Source of the DNA: an uncultured Alteromonadaceae bacterium
GTDB lineage: Bacteria > Pseudomonadota > Gammaproteobacteria > Pseudomonadales > Halieaceae
DNA length: 64,000 bases
Assembly (NCBI GenBank): GCA_964620555.1
Contig: CAZUGZ010000001.1
Span: forward strand, 13,667-77,666
Reading direction: 5' to 3'
The notes below the pieces were generated by a model, which made no database searches, was not told where the DNA came from, and saw nothing but the letters and a program-made list of their open reading frames with translations. Shown here in pieces: positions 36,380-46,370 of this stretch. Position numbers and translations under genes: made by a program. Position 1 is the first letter of the stretch. Every line of letters starts with the position of its first letter.

Positions 36380-38727
36380 TGGCGTGATGCAGTCTCGTGG
36401 GGCAGAGGTGGCGGAACCGCAGCGGTTCCGGACAGGGACAGCAGCGGCGCGACGAGCAGCAGGCAGACACCCAGGGCCAGGACAAAGGTCATGGCACTCA
36501 TGACCCCCAGCGTCGCGTTGGGGGTGTAATCAGCAAAACTCAGAATGAAAAAGCCGATTCCCATGACGGCGGTGTTGACGATCAATGCCGGCGCCACATT
36601 GTTGATGCTGTACTCCAGAGCACTGTATTTGTCGGCGCCGTGGTGCAGGCGCGCATAGTTGAATTTGCTGATCAGGTGAACGGAATTGTCCACCACGATG
36701 CCGAGCGAAATGCCCAGTACGATTACGGCGGCAAGGCCGACGTAGCTGGCGAACACTCCCCATATCCCGAACATCAGGACCAGTGGGCAGGTAACGCCGA
36801 GCATGCCCAGCAGGCCCTGGCGCAACGATTGAAAAGCGATGATCAGGATCAGGCCTATACAGGCGAAAGACAGCAATGAAGTGGACAGGGAATCTCTCAT
36901 CACCCCGTAGAGGAGGTCGTTGACCAGAAAAACACCACCGGCAGTGTAGACTGAATACTCTGGAAACGCCTCGGACAGCTTTTCTTCCAGCCTGACTGCT
37001 GCGGCATGGGTGTTGACCGAGTCTTCGTCGTTAATGGTGGCAACCAGTCGAATCCCCGATTTGTCCATATTCAGTTGATTGGTCAGATCCAGGCCGTAGG
37101 GCAGGGACATTTCGTAGAGCAAATGGTACTGCGATGCCAATTCGCGGCTTTCCGGCAGCCGGTAGTAGTCCGGATTGTCACCGTGCAGGTTCCTGTTGAT
37201 ACGCTTTAGCGCGTCGGTGTAGCTGAATACGTGTCGTACGGAGTCCTGTTCCCGCAGCCAGTCTGCGAAGGCGTCGATCCGCTCCAGGAATTCCACCTCG
37301 TGTACCGAGTCAGGGGTATCCGATTCGATGGCGACGATCAGATTGCCGCTTCCGGTCAGGTGGGCCTGGTTGAACTCATGGTTCTGCCGGTAGAGCGAGT
37401 CGGGCCCGTAGAACCAGATCATATTGTCTTTCGGACTGTTCAGGGGCAGCAGCAAGGCCGCCACCACACAGGCGGTGACGCTGATCGCCGTGAGTTTTCG
37501 CCGGTGGACGGGAATGCGGTCGGCGAGAAACGCCGCGAATTGCGTGGCTCTGTCGGTGCGACTGCTCGCCTCGATATGAAACGGGACACAGGACAGGAAT
37601 GCGGGAAGAAAAATTATTGAGAAGAGCAATGCCAGGACGATACCCACGGATACGATGTTACCCAGCCCGACCAGCGGTTCGAAAGAACTCAAATTGAACA
37701 TCAGAAAGCCGATTGCCGTGGTTACCGTGGTCAGCAGGATGGCGACGATATTCTGTTTTACTGCCTGCACTATGGCAGGGTTCTTCTCGACCCCCTGCAG
37801 CATCAGTTTCTTCAGCGTCATCAAAATGTGAATGGAATCGGCGACTGCCAGTGTCATGATCATGATCGGCGCACTGGAGGTTGGCAGCGTAAAGGGTGTG
37901 CGGCTGTAGCCGACCAGACCCGTGGTCGACAGGATGGTGAGGGCGATCACTGCGAGGCAGGCAATGGTGATGACCCAGTTTCCGAGGAAAAAGTAGATTC
38001 CCAGAATCACCAGCACGCTGGCCAGGGTGAACAGGGTGAGCACATCGTGAAGGGCCAGGAAGGCTGTCTCGGCGTGCCCGGTTACTATTCCCACATGCCT
38101 GAATTCCATATTCGGGTAGCGTTTGACAAAGCCGTCGAGCATGGTTCGAAACTCGTTTTCCAGTTCGATATTGGCGATCACGTCCCGATCGTCATAGTGG
38201 AAGATGATATTGATCGCAGCCGCACCACCGTCTTCGCTCACATGGAGGTTTCTCAGTTGCGGTTCCCGGCTGGCGATGCGGGCGATGCGCTCGATATTTT
38301 TCCGGGACAGTTCCAGGTCGGCGGGCACCAGATCGTCGACAATGAGTTCATCTCCCTCTGCGTAGGTGTATTGATAGTTGTTGAGCGAGTCGACCCGCCG
38401 CACGTGGCTGAGGCCCCAGGCCGCCTCGGTGATTTCGCGCATGACTCCCAGCACTTCCGGCTGGTAGACAGTGCCGGACCCGGGGCGCACGATGAGGAAG
38501 ATATTGTCGTCTTTGACGTAGTTGTCCTCCATGTGATCGATCATCAGCCGGTAGCGGTGATCGTCTGCCAAATAGGACTTGTAGCTGTGGTCGAGGGTGG
38601 CGTGACGCAGGCCGCTGGACATCGCGCAGGCGGCAATGACTGTGAGAAACAGCACCAGGTAGCGATGCCGGATAACGCCCAGTACCAGATCGTCGACGAA
38701 TCTGTAGGCAAATTTCTCCACCGGCAT
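36373..38727 (-). CDS. RND-superfamily lipid exporter (MMPL/HpnN-like)
   Basis: Start MPVEKFAYRF at 38727, about 784 aa. Two six-TM bundles, each preceded by a periplasmic domain. Only the C-terminal 784 aa of the 1264-aa track ORF are used. Visibly less GC-rich than its neighbours. Confidence 0.8.
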   Translation of the reverse strand: MPVEKFAYRFVDDLVLGVIRHRYLVLFLTVIAACAMSSGLRHATLDHSYKSYLADDHRYRLMIDHMEDNYVKDDNIFLIVRPGSGTVYQPEVLGVMREITEAAWGLSHVRRVDSLNNYQYTYAEGDELIVDDLVPADLELSRKNIERIARIASREPQLRNLHVSEDGGAAAINIIFHYDDRDVIANIELENEFRTMLDGFVKRYPNMEFRHVGIVTGHAETAFLALHDVLTLFTLASVLVILGIYFFLGNWVITIACLAVIALTILSTTGLVGYSRTPFTLPTSSAPIMIMTLAVADSIHILMTLKKLMLQGVEKNPAIVQAVKQNIVAILLTTVTTAIGFLMFNLSSFEPLVGLGNIVSVGIVLALLFSIIFLPAFLSCVPFHIEASSRTDRATQFAAFLADRIPVHRRKLTAISVTACVVAALLLPLNSPKDNMIWFYGPDSLYRQNHEFNQAHLTGSGNLIVAIESDTPDSVHEVEFLERIDAFADWLREQDSVRHVFSYTDALKRINRNLHGDNPDYYRLPESRELASQYHLLYEMSLPYGLDLTNQLNMDKSGIRLVATINDEDSVNTHAAAVRLEEKLSEAFPEYSVYTAGGVFLVNDLLYGVMRDSLSTSLLSFACIGLILIIAFQSLRQGLLGMLGVTCPLVLMFGIWGVFASYVGLAAVIVLGISLGIVVDNSVHLISKFNYARLHHGADKYSALEYSINNVAPALIVNTAVMGIGFFILSFADYTPNATLGVMSAMTFVLALGVCLLLVAPLLSLSGTAAVPPPLPHETASRHQ

Positions 38728-38925
38728 ATGGTCCTTTCCTGTCACGGCGTCGCCGGAGCGACGTTGGCTGGCAATTGCCCACCATGATAGTACGATTACT
38801 GTATCTACCGTTATGAAAAAGTGACGTAGCGTTGCCGCTTGTATTCCATTCAGGTGGTAATCCATGTAACGATATTTCCGATGGTGTATCTTGATTGAAT
38901 CGATGACAGACAGAGGTGAATACTG

Positions 38926-40329
38926 ATGACCGGGATAATCGAAGGTTTCGGCACGAAAGAGAGCCCGCTGGTGCGGGATCTGTTGGCCAGTGACTCGCAA
39001 ACTGTGCCCGACTGCCTGAAGGCGGAGGGCAATTACTACCCCGAGCCGCGAACTGTGCCCTTCAGTACCTATTTCGATTCCGCCTATGCCGAGTTGGAAA
39101 TGGAGCATGTGTGGAAGAAGAGCTGGCAGTACGCCTGCCGGGAGGAAGACATCCCGGAAACAGGCGACCGCTATCCCTACGAGGTGGGGCCCCTGTCTTT
39201 CATCATCATCCGCAGTGGCGACGACGAATTCCGCGCCTTTCACAACAGTTGTCTGCACCGCGGCACCAAGTTGTGCAGCGGCATTTTCGGCGGCGACCAC
39301 ATCCGCTGTCCCTTTCACGGCTGGACCTGGAACCTGGACGGTTCCGTGCACAACATTCCCGGCCGCTGGGACTTTCCCCAGGTGGACGACAGCTACCGCC
39401 TGGTGGAGGTGAGGTTGGAGCGCTGGGGTGGCTGCCTGTTTATCAACCCGGACCCGGACGCGGGCCCCCTGGAAGATGCCCTGGGCATCCTGCCGGAGCA
39501 CTTCAATCACTTCGACCTGGGCAACCGCTTTACGCTGGCGGTGACGCAAAAGAAAATTCGCGCCAACTGGAAGCACGTGTGGGCCGCTTTCCTGGAGTCC
39601 TATCACGTGGCGGAGACGCACTTTGATGCGGTGGATTTCAACGGTGACGCCAATACCAAGTACGACTGTTACGACAACGGCAAGACGGTGATTAGCCGGC
39701 TGATCACCCCCTCGGCGGTACCCAGCCCGAGTCTTGGGGACGAGGTCAGCGCGCGCCAGGCGGCAATCAATGCAGCGCGATCCTTCGCCAACGCCCTGGG
39801 CCCGGCGGCGGAGGCCAGCCTGCCCGCCTTCGACGAGATGCCGGATTTCGGGCGCAGGGATGTGGCGGCCTGGCGGCGAGAGCTGTTCAAGACCCTGGGT
39901 GCGGATACCAGCCACCTGTGTGACTCGGAATTGCTGGACAGCACCCAGTACGCCATGTTCCCCAATTTCGGGCCCTGGCTCGGTGAGGGGTTGCCCCTGA
40001 TGTACCAGTTCCTGCCCCTGGGGGACAACCCGAATGAATCGCTGTTTACCGTGCGCCTGACCGCTCCCTGCCCCGACGGGGCGCCGCGGCCACCGTCGGC
40101 GCCGGTGACCTACCTGAATTTTGACGAGTTCTTCTCGAGCCTGCCGGAGTGGGGGCGCATCGCCCACGTATTCGACCAGGACATGTCAAACCTGCCGCAT
40201 ATCCAGGCGGGTATGCGCGCTGCCGGCGCGGAGCGCTCCCAGGTGACCCTGGGCCGTTACCAGGAGCAGCGTATTACCCTGATGCACGAGTTCGTGGACC
40301 GCAAGATCGCCGAGGGGCAGGGCGGCTAG
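38926..40329 (+). CDS. Rieske [2Fe-2S] non-haem-iron oxygenase, alpha subunit
   Basis: 467 aa. Rieske motif CLHRGTKLC...CPFHGWTW. Mononuclear-iron region ESYHVAETH. No beta subunit, ferredoxin or reductase gene nearby. Confidence 0.85.
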   Translation: MTGIIEGFGTKESPLVRDLLASDSQTVPDCLKAEGNYYPEPRTVPFSTYFDSAYAELEMEHVWKKSWQYACREEDIPETGDRYPYEVGPLSFIIIRSGDDEFRAFHNSCLHRGTKLCSGIFGGDHIRCPFHGWTWNLDGSVHNIPGRWDFPQVDDSYRLVEVRLERWGGCLFINPDPDAGPLEDALGILPEHFNHFDLGNRFTLAVTQKKIRANWKHVWAAFLESYHVAETHFDAVDFNGDANTKYDCYDNGKTVISRLITPSAVPSPSLGDEVSARQAAINAARSFANALGPAAEASLPAFDEMPDFGRRDVAAWRRELFKTLGADTSHLCDSELLDSTQYAMFPNFGPWLGEGLPLMYQFLPLGDNPNESLFTVRLTAPCPDGAPRPPSAPVTYLNFDEFFSSLPEWGRIAHVFDQDMSNLPHIQAGMRAAGAERSQVTLGRYQEQRITLMHEFVDRKIAEGQGG

Positions 40330-40413
40330 GCGTCTGCGCGATTGCCGCTCACCGAGCTTGGTGTTACGGTGGCCTGGTCTGTCCCCCTGGACGTTTCGGA
40401 TTCGGAGGAAAAA

Positions 40414-41073
40414 ATGACTTCAGCGCACGGGTCGCCGGGTTGGGCCTGGCGGGCAACAGCTATGATTCTCCTGCCGCTGCTTTGCCACGGCGCGTACGGG
40501 GTGGACGAACCCCAGCCGGACGAAATCAGGGAAATCACGGCGACGGCGACCATCATGAGTTGCGACTCGCAAAGGCGGATTGGCCGGGCCCTGCTGCGCG
40601 AGCGGCCCTCCGCCGAGGGCGTGAAGACCGTCGATGTGGAGATCGATGTGCGGCGTGGCCTCAGCGGAGGGAACCATGCCGTTCACATTCACGAAACGGG
40701 AGCGTGCGAACCATGTTCCGCGGCCGGCGGGCACTTTGATCCCGGGCCTCACGGCAACACGAGTCCCGACGGCAACCATCCGTTTCATGCGGGCGATCTG
40801 GTGAACCTGAAAGTCTGCGACCCGTCGGCGGAGGAGTGCGACAGCGAGGGGGAACGGGTCGGCGGAGGTACACTCACGACGCTGACCACTCGCGTCACCC
40901 TGTCGGACGGACCGCTGACGCTGTTCGACGAGGACGGCAGCGCCTTCATAATCCACACCAAGCCCGACTCCTACTGTCCGGGCGGAGAAGTGGCCGGTTG
41001 TGCCGGCGGAAGTCGGGCCGCCTGCGGGGTGATCGTGAAGGACGCCGGATTGACGAAGCGGGGGCCGGGGTGA
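40414..41073 (+). CDS. sodC: Cu/Zn superoxide dismutase family protein (periplasmic)
   Basis: ATG preceded by GGAGGA. Signal peptide WRATAMILLPLLCHGAYG. Metal ligands HAVHIHETG, GGHFDP, HPFHAGDL, FIIHTKPD. Confidence 0.8.
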   Translation: MTSAHGSPGWAWRATAMILLPLLCHGAYGVDEPQPDEIREITATATIMSCDSQRRIGRALLRERPSAEGVKTVDVEIDVRRGLSGGNHAVHIHETGACEPCSAAGGHFDPGPHGNTSPDGNHPFHAGDLVNLKVCDPSAEECDSEGERVGGGTLTTLTTRVTLSDGPLTLFDEDGSAFIIHTKPDSYCPGGEVAGCAGGSRAACGVIVKDAGLTKRGPG

Positions 41074-41110
41074 TCTGTAAAGAATGTCTCCGGTACAGAC
41101 CTTGATTTAT

Positions 41111-41201
<91 letters not shown>

Positions 41202-41238
41202 ACACGGGAAGTGAATTCTACTGAAATTTCGCCACCTG

Positions 41239-42186
41239 TCAGGCGGCTTTTTCGATGGGGTCGGAGAGGGGGTGAAGCGGCGCCGGCGGCAACTCGCGGG
41301 TCTGTGCCAACACTTCGAACAGGTCGTGGCGCACATGATTCTGCGCCATCTCCTGGCGCAGGAACTGCTCGCTTATGCGGTCCGATTCCAGGCACTCCTT
41401 GAGCAGGGCCAGGAAAAAATTCTCCTGGTTGCGGTCGGGGTGGGGCTTGTAGTTGCCGAGAAAGGCGTATTCGCCGAACAGGTGACGACGGGCGCGCAGC
41501 AGCCAGGCAGCCGGGGGGAACAGCCGAAAGCGTTCGGCCGGACGCCAGTCGGTGGGCAGTCCGGTCTTCCAGGGCTGAGTCTTGCGGCGCGTGGTGTGCA
41601 GCAATCGGGTGGCGGTTGTGAATCGGTCAAAATCATTCCACTCCGCCTCAAAAAAACCGATGCTGTCGCGGTCCTCCTGCTTCAGACAGATCCATGGCTG
41701 ATAATCCTGCTCGAGGTCGAACATGGCGTTGAAGGTGGCTTCCGCATCCCAATGCCGCAGGCGGGCACAGTCCAGCAGCATGACACTGCTGGCAAAGCAG
41801 CGGTCGACCAGCCCCTTGGGACCCGAACGCATCCGGCAGAGGATGGCCTTGCCCTGCATGTCCCGGGACAGTAACTCCCAGACATCAGCGCTGGCGAAAA
41901 TGTCGGGATCGATGACCAGCGCCCGGCCCTGGTACCCCATCAACTCGGGTGGCATGAAGCGGGTGGGAGTAAAGGATTGCAGGTCGTCGTTGCGCCAGAC
42001 GCGTTTGACCCCGTCGCGCAGGTACAGTTGGCCCTCGCGGGCGGCGAACATGGGGTAGTCGCGGCTGTCGATGATCCTGATTTCAAAGCGGTCGTTATGG
42101 CTTGAATAACGCCGCAGGGCGTATTCGCCGACGATGGCCCCGGTCATCTGCTTGTGATTGGTCTGTATGAAAACGCAGTAGTCCAT
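41239..42186 (-). CDS. GT8-like nucleotide-diphospho-sugar glycosyltransferase, paralogue A
   Basis: Start MDYCVFIQTNHKQ at 42186, 315 aa. DxD-type motif ALVIDPDIFA, SSVMLLDCARLRHW, HTTRRKTQPWKTGLP. Clearly paralogous to 47353-48255. Confidence 0.6.
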   Translation of the reverse strand: MDYCVFIQTNHKQMTGAIVGEYALRRYSSHNDRFEIRIIDSRDYPMFAAREGQLYLRDGVKRVWRNDDLQSFTPTRFMPPELMGYQGRALVIDPDIFASADVWELLSRDMQGKAILCRMRSGPKGLVDRCFASSVMLLDCARLRHWDAEATFNAMFDLEQDYQPWICLKQEDRDSIGFFEAEWNDFDRFTTATRLLHTTRRKTQPWKTGLPTDWRPAERFRLFPPAAWLLRARRHLFGEYAFLGNYKPHPDRNQENFFLALLKECLESDRISEQFLRQEMAQNHVRHDLFEVLAQTRELPPAPLHPLSDPIEKAA

Positions 42187-42257
42187 GGTGGTTTCTGGTC
42201 GCTGCCGGAGCCTGCCGACTATAGAGGATAGCGTCGGCCATTTCCATTGCCGGCGCG

Positions 42258-43079
42258 TCAGCGCCGGGTGTTCTGATAGAGTATGCGGTTGCGCCTGATG
42301 TCGGCGTGGCGCGGAACAAAGCCGTGATCGTAGAGAAAGACATTGGTCTCGATAAAGGTATGTGCCTGCTGCTGGCCCCGTTCGTAGCCGCAATCCAGCG
42401 CCACCCAGTCGATGCGGGCCAGCGATTTGGTGGCGCCTTCGAGGACTTCCGGCTCCGCTCCCTCGGCTTCCACCTTGAAAATGACGGTTCCCTCCACGCC
42501 GGACAGGTCGAGTGCGCCGTCCAGGGTTACCGCCGGCACCTCGGTGCGCGAGACGGAACCGGGCATGTCGATTATTGAGCTGTCGGCCGACTCCGGTTTG
42601 GAGTAGAACGAGAGCGTCGTCTCTTCGTTCCACAGGGCCTCGCGTCGCGTGCCCGGCTGGCCACCGAAATTGTTCAGGTCGCAGCAGCGCGCCTCCAGCG
42701 GCTCTGGTTCGAAGGCAATATAGTCGAGTTCATGGGCTCGCGCCCACAGGCCGAGTTCCCCAATATTGGCGCCGGAGTCGACGAACAGGCCGCCATTGCT
42801 CAGGTCGATCACTTCCAGGTGGTACTCGTGGGCGAGGTCGCGTACCCGCCGCATCACCCCGCGCTTGAAGCGGTAGCTGCGCCGCAGCCGGCAGAAATGG
42901 ATGCGCGTTTCGCCGTCATCGGCACGAAATACCGGTTCCCCGGGGAGCGGAGAGATCCGGTGCCGGTTGCCGAGCGCGGCGTAAACAGTATTTGCCAGCA
43001 GGCAGTACGGCTTGCGTGGTATCCGGTTGCGGGTGCTCCGGGCAAAGTTGAGGAGCGCATCAGATTGCAGTTTTTTCAC
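42258..43079 (-). CDS. FkbM-family methyltransferase
   Basis: 273 aa. SAM-binding FVDSGANIGELGLWA, IAFEPEP, IFKVEAEGAEPEVLEG (the FkbM pattern K.D.EG.E..vL.G). Confidence 0.75.
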   Translation of the reverse strand: MKKLQSDALLNFARSTRNRIPRKPYCLLANTVYAALGNRHRISPLPGEPVFRADDGETRIHFCRLRRSYRFKRGVMRRVRDLAHEYHLEVIDLSNGGLFVDSGANIGELGLWARAHELDYIAFEPEPLEARCCDLNNFGGQPGTRREALWNEETTLSFYSKPESADSSIIDMPGSVSRTEVPAVTLDGALDLSGVEGTVIFKVEAEGAEPEVLEGATKSLARIDWVALDCGYERGQQQAHTFIETNVFLYDHGFVPRHADIRRNRILYQNTRR

Positions 43080-43205
43080 GTCGATACACTGTCCGGAGGC
43101 GGCAATGAAAGCGCCGGGCGCTGAAATGGTTGGCTGATGGCAGCGGCGAATAGTGGACTAGTTCGGGGTTGATTTCCAGTAGGGGATTGCCGGCACCGCC
43201 CGCGG

Positions 43206-43233
43206 TTGACTCGCATGGGGGGGTATGGATAAT
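43206..43233 (+). promoter_or_regulatory. Candidate sigma-70 promoter (TTGACT, 16-nt spacer, GATAAT)
   Basis: Read directly. Lies 50 nt upstream of the TTG at 43284. Confidence 0.35.
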
Positions 43234-43283
43234 TCGCGGCCTATGAGGGAATACCCATCGATACCGTCAGTTCGATTTTCAGT

Positions 43284-44576
43284 TTGAACGGTTCCCGTTT
43301 CGCGACCATCAATTCACTATCCTGGCTGGTCATGCTCATGCTGGCCACGGTTTACGTCGTTCCCATGCCCTTCGATGCCCTGTTCTTCGGGGTGCTGCTG
43401 TACGCGCTGTGCAAACTGCCCGCCGGTGAGCGCAACCACTGGCAGATAACCGGCGACCCCCTGTTCTGGCTGGGCACCGCACTGCTGGCTTACCTGAGTC
43501 TGAGCACGCTGTGGTCGGTGGAGGTCAGTGTGAAAGGTGTCGGGCAGGTGTGGCTGCGGGCGGCAATGGCCGCCACTTTCGTTCTTGCAGTGGTGATAGT
43601 GATCGGTCGGCGCGCAGACTTTGGTGTCGCGCTGAGTCGGGCGGTGGTGGCGGGGGCAGTGGCCGGTGCCGCAATCGCCCTGTTCTGTTACCTGGTCGAG
43701 CCTCCCGGGGATGGCCGCCTGCAGGGTTTGCTCCGCTTCGACAACGCCGGCCGCGCCGGGCGCATATTTTGTGCCGCGCTGCCCTTTGCCTTGACCCTGC
43801 TGTTTGCCGATCATCGCCACTGGCGGGTGTTGGGCGCTTTCGCCGTGCTCATCCTCTGCCTGGCGACCTTGTTGACGGATACCAGGGCGGCGTGGCTGGC
43901 CGCCGCGACTTGCCTGGCGGTTTACGGTATCGCCGTGCTGCGGCCACGGCTGCACCGCCTGCTGGCGGGCCTGGCGGGCGCGGCGGCGCTGGCCCTGGGT
44001 ATTTTCTACCTGGCGCTGCACAACCTCGACCTGTACGCCCTGATTTTACCGCGCGGAGGGAGTCTGCGGCTGGATATCTGGTCTGCTGCCACAGCAGACC
44101 TGATCGCCAGCAAGCCGTGGTACGGCTGGGGCCATCTCACCGATTACTGGACCACCGTTGGTGACCGGGAGATTCGAGGTACCCACAACATGTACCTGAC
44201 GGTGCTGTGGCAGGGTGGCCTGATCGGGCTGCTGCTGTTCGTCGGGACCCTGTTGGGTGTCGGGCTGCGCTTGACGAGATACCTGGATGACGTGAATGCG
44301 CGAATCGGCCTGAGCCTGCTGGCGGCAGGGTGCGTGGCCTTTGTATTCGGCGGCGACAGGATCATCGAAAAGATCGAATTTGTGCTGTTTGTGCTTTGGC
44401 TGCCACTGGGCATCGCCCTGTCGCTGCGATTGAAAAGCACCGCAGGAATGGCCCCGATGATGCAACGCGGGCCCCGCGTCCAGTCACCTACCGGAATACC
44501 CCCCGTCGATACAGCCGCCAGAAAAACCCCCAGCAGTAGAGAAGTGGTCGCTCCCGCACGCGTGGTGGAATGCTGA
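43284..44576 (+). CDS. O-antigen ligase/polymerase-like (Wzy_C) integral membrane protein
   Basis: About 12 TM segments. TDTRAAWLAAATCLAVY and a loop with GTHNMYLTVLWQGGLIGLLLF typical of the Wzy_C domain. Start is TTG 43284 or ATG 43332. The non-conserved tail overlaps the convergent gene by 89 nt. Confidence 0.7.
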   Translation: MNGSRFATINSLSWLVMLMLATVYVVPMPFDALFFGVLLYALCKLPAGERNHWQITGDPLFWLGTALLAYLSLSTLWSVEVSVKGVGQVWLRAAMAATFVLAVVIVIGRRADFGVALSRAVVAGAVAGAAIALFCYLVEPPGDGRLQGLLRFDNAGRAGRIFCAALPFALTLLFADHRHWRVLGAFAVLILCLATLLTDTRAAWLAAATCLAVYGIAVLRPRLHRLLAGLAGAAALALGIFYLALHNLDLYALILPRGGSLRLDIWSAATADLIASKPWYGWGHLTDYWTTVGDREIRGTHNMYLTVLWQGGLIGLLLFVGTLLGVGLRLTRYLDDVNARIGLSLLAAGCVAFVFGGDRIIEKIEFVLFVLWLPLGIALSLRLKSTAGMAPMMQRGPRVQSPTGIPPVDTAARKTPSSREVVAPARVVEC

Positions 44577-45423
44577 TCTGCTGACCGGAGTGGCGTTCCA
44601 GTTTCCAGGCGATGTAGTCGAGCCCGCCGTCAAAAGTGAACAATGCCTTGAGCAGGCGCAGCACCGAGCGCGCCTTGCCGAGGACGACTCGCAACGGCCA
44701 TGCCAGCCGGGCGCGGGCACGTTGCAGAGCGGTGCAGTGGCTGCGGTAGTGGCTTTGGCCGGCGTCGCTCCACAGTTCCAGTGCCAGTCCCTGCGCCTGC
44801 GCCAGGCGGGTTACCTGCTCGAAATGCCCGCTGCCACTGGCACTCAGTTGCCCGGCACGGCTGTCGCGTTCGGCGCGCAGTTCGGTGCGGTAGCTCAACC
44901 ACAGGCTGTGCTGCCAGAGTTGTTGCACTGTGCCGCTGGCGGGCAGCGTGGGCAGTCCGGCCCGTAACAGGGTAGTGACCGCACGCAGCAGGCATTCCCT
45001 CACCTGGCGGCCGCTGTCCTGGTCGCGCTGCCAGGCAATGGCAACCGGCTGCGCAAAACGCCCCCAAAAATAGGATTCCAGGGTGGTGCCGCCGGTAGCG
45101 CGGGCCAATTGCGCGGAGGACAGCAGCGCGTACTTGCAGCGCACCACCCGCTGCCGGTGCGTCGTCTCGGCGTAGAACACATTGGGTGGCAACAGCCAGT
45201 TGGCGGTGGCCGAAAGCCCCGCCCCGTAGGCCGAACGATAGTCGTCGCAGATCAGGTACAGGTCCAGCAAACCGTCGTGAATGTCGCCACTGCGCAGACA
45301 CGAGCCATACACCAGGACACAGTTGATGGCGCCGCGGTACCGCTCCAGCAGTGGCGCCAGTAGTGCGGCCAGGGCCGGGTCGGTGTCCGCGCTGGGTCCG
45401 GCGATGGTGGGAAAGCCGCTCAT
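44488..45423 (-). CDS. Pol-beta-type nucleotidyltransferase, Tam41/Mmp37-like (candidate lipid-phosphate cytidylyltransferase)
   Basis: 311 aa. VLVYGSCLRSGDIHDGLLDLYLICDDY (a G-S...D-x-D nucleotidyltransferase motif) followed by PPNVFYAETTHRQRVVRCKYALLSSAQL. This parallels the Tam41 pattern (...vYfn......g..iKYGvvs...L). ATGA overlap with the kinase stop. Confidence 0.5.
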   Translation of the reverse strand: MSGFPTIAGPSADTDPALAALLAPLLERYRGAINCVLVYGSCLRSGDIHDGLLDLYLICDDYRSAYGAGLSATANWLLPPNVFYAETTHRQRVVRCKYALLSSAQLARATGGTTLESYFWGRFAQPVAIAWQRDQDSGRQVRECLLRAVTTLLRAGLPTLPASGTVQQLWQHSLWLSYRTELRAERDSRAGQLSASGSGHFEQVTRLAQAQGLALELWSDAGQSHYRSHCTALQRARARLAWPLRVVLGKARSVLRLLKALFTFDGGLDYIAWKLERHSGQQISIPPRVRERPLLYCWGFFWRLYRRGVFR

Positions 45424-46370
45424 AACCTGATGAAAGTGACCGGTTGGCTGGCGCTGATGGTGATCGTACCGTCAGCGGCTCGGCTGCGCAGTATCTCTCC
45501 ATCCAGGTTGAACTCGGAGTCCAGCCGCAAGGTGATGTGGTCGGAGTTGTAGCTGAAGTAGCCGTATTCGGGCCGGGCGAAGCGATTGGGCCTGCCCCGT
45601 AGAATGGATTGCAGGCTGTACAGCAATCGCCGGCAGTGCTGCTCGATCACGGTCGTTCTCAGGGCCCCTGGCTCCCGACCCCAGAACGGATTGCTGCCCA
45701 GGAACAGGCGTTGCAGGCTGCTGATGAGGAGAACCAGGGCCTGGTGGTGGCCCGATAGCTGCTGTAACTGAAGTTCCACGTCTACCGGACGGTGAAATTG
45801 CGCCTCCCTGCGCAGCAGGCCCCAAATGGTGCGCAGCACCCCGAGGGCGACACTGAAATCGTCGCGCAGACCTCGCGAATGCAGTTCCCGATGTGCGTAT
45901 TCGGTACCCTGGATAACCGCCCCGGCGCCCAGGAACATGCCGTAGTGGGGTGGGCTGTCCGGGTCGATACAGACTCGCATCATCACCCGTTGAATGCGCT
46001 CGGATGGCACCGGATCACCGTTGCTCCAGGCGCAGAACTTTTTCAGGGCGGTTGCCGGAGTGCCGCGCACACCGACATCGCCGGCGCTCATGTTGGCGGT
46101 GCCCGCGGGCAGCAGAAGCACCGGCGGCAACTCGTTGAAGACCCGCTGTTCCAGGGCGTGGCCCAGCGTGGCAGCGAGCGTGCCGTCGCCCCCGTTGATG
46201 GCCAACGCCTGCAGTGGCTGTCGCCGCAGGCGGTCGAGAGCGGCTGCTATCTGCTGCGCATCGTCGGTAACGCAGTGGACAATATTGGGCTGGTCATCCA
46301 GCCGGCGCGTCCAGCGCTCGAAGCGGTCCCGGTTGTGGCCACTGTTCGGATTGCTGATCAGGCCGATCAA
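45420..46370 (-). CDS. DAGK_cat/LCB5-type lipid kinase
   Basis: 316 aa. LISNPNSG, ALAINGGDGTLAATL (GGDGT catalytic motif), LPAGTANM. ATGA overlap with the upstream gene. Confidence 0.8.
   Translation of the reverse strand: MIGLISNPNSGHNRDRFERWTRRLDDQPNIVHCVTDDAQQIAAALDRLRRQPLQALAINGGDGTLAATLGHALEQRVFNELPPVLLLPAGTANMSAGDVGVRGTPATALKKFCAWSNGDPVPSERIQRVMMRVCIDPDSPPHYGMFLGAGAVIQGTEYAHRELHSRGLRDDFSVALGVLRTIWGLLRREAQFHRPVDVELQLQQLSGHHQALVLLISSLQRLFLGSNPFWGREPGALRTTVIEQHCRRLLYSLQSILRGRPNRFARPEYGYFSYNSDHITLRLDSEFNLDGEILRSRAADGTITISASQPVTFIRL

Noticed and set aside
38728-40167. N-terminal ~480 aa of the 1264-aa minus-strand ORF
   Set aside because: Antisense to the Rieske oxygenase gene. The RND-like sequence starts at MPVEKF (38727), and the region between crosses an AT-rich intergenic stretch.
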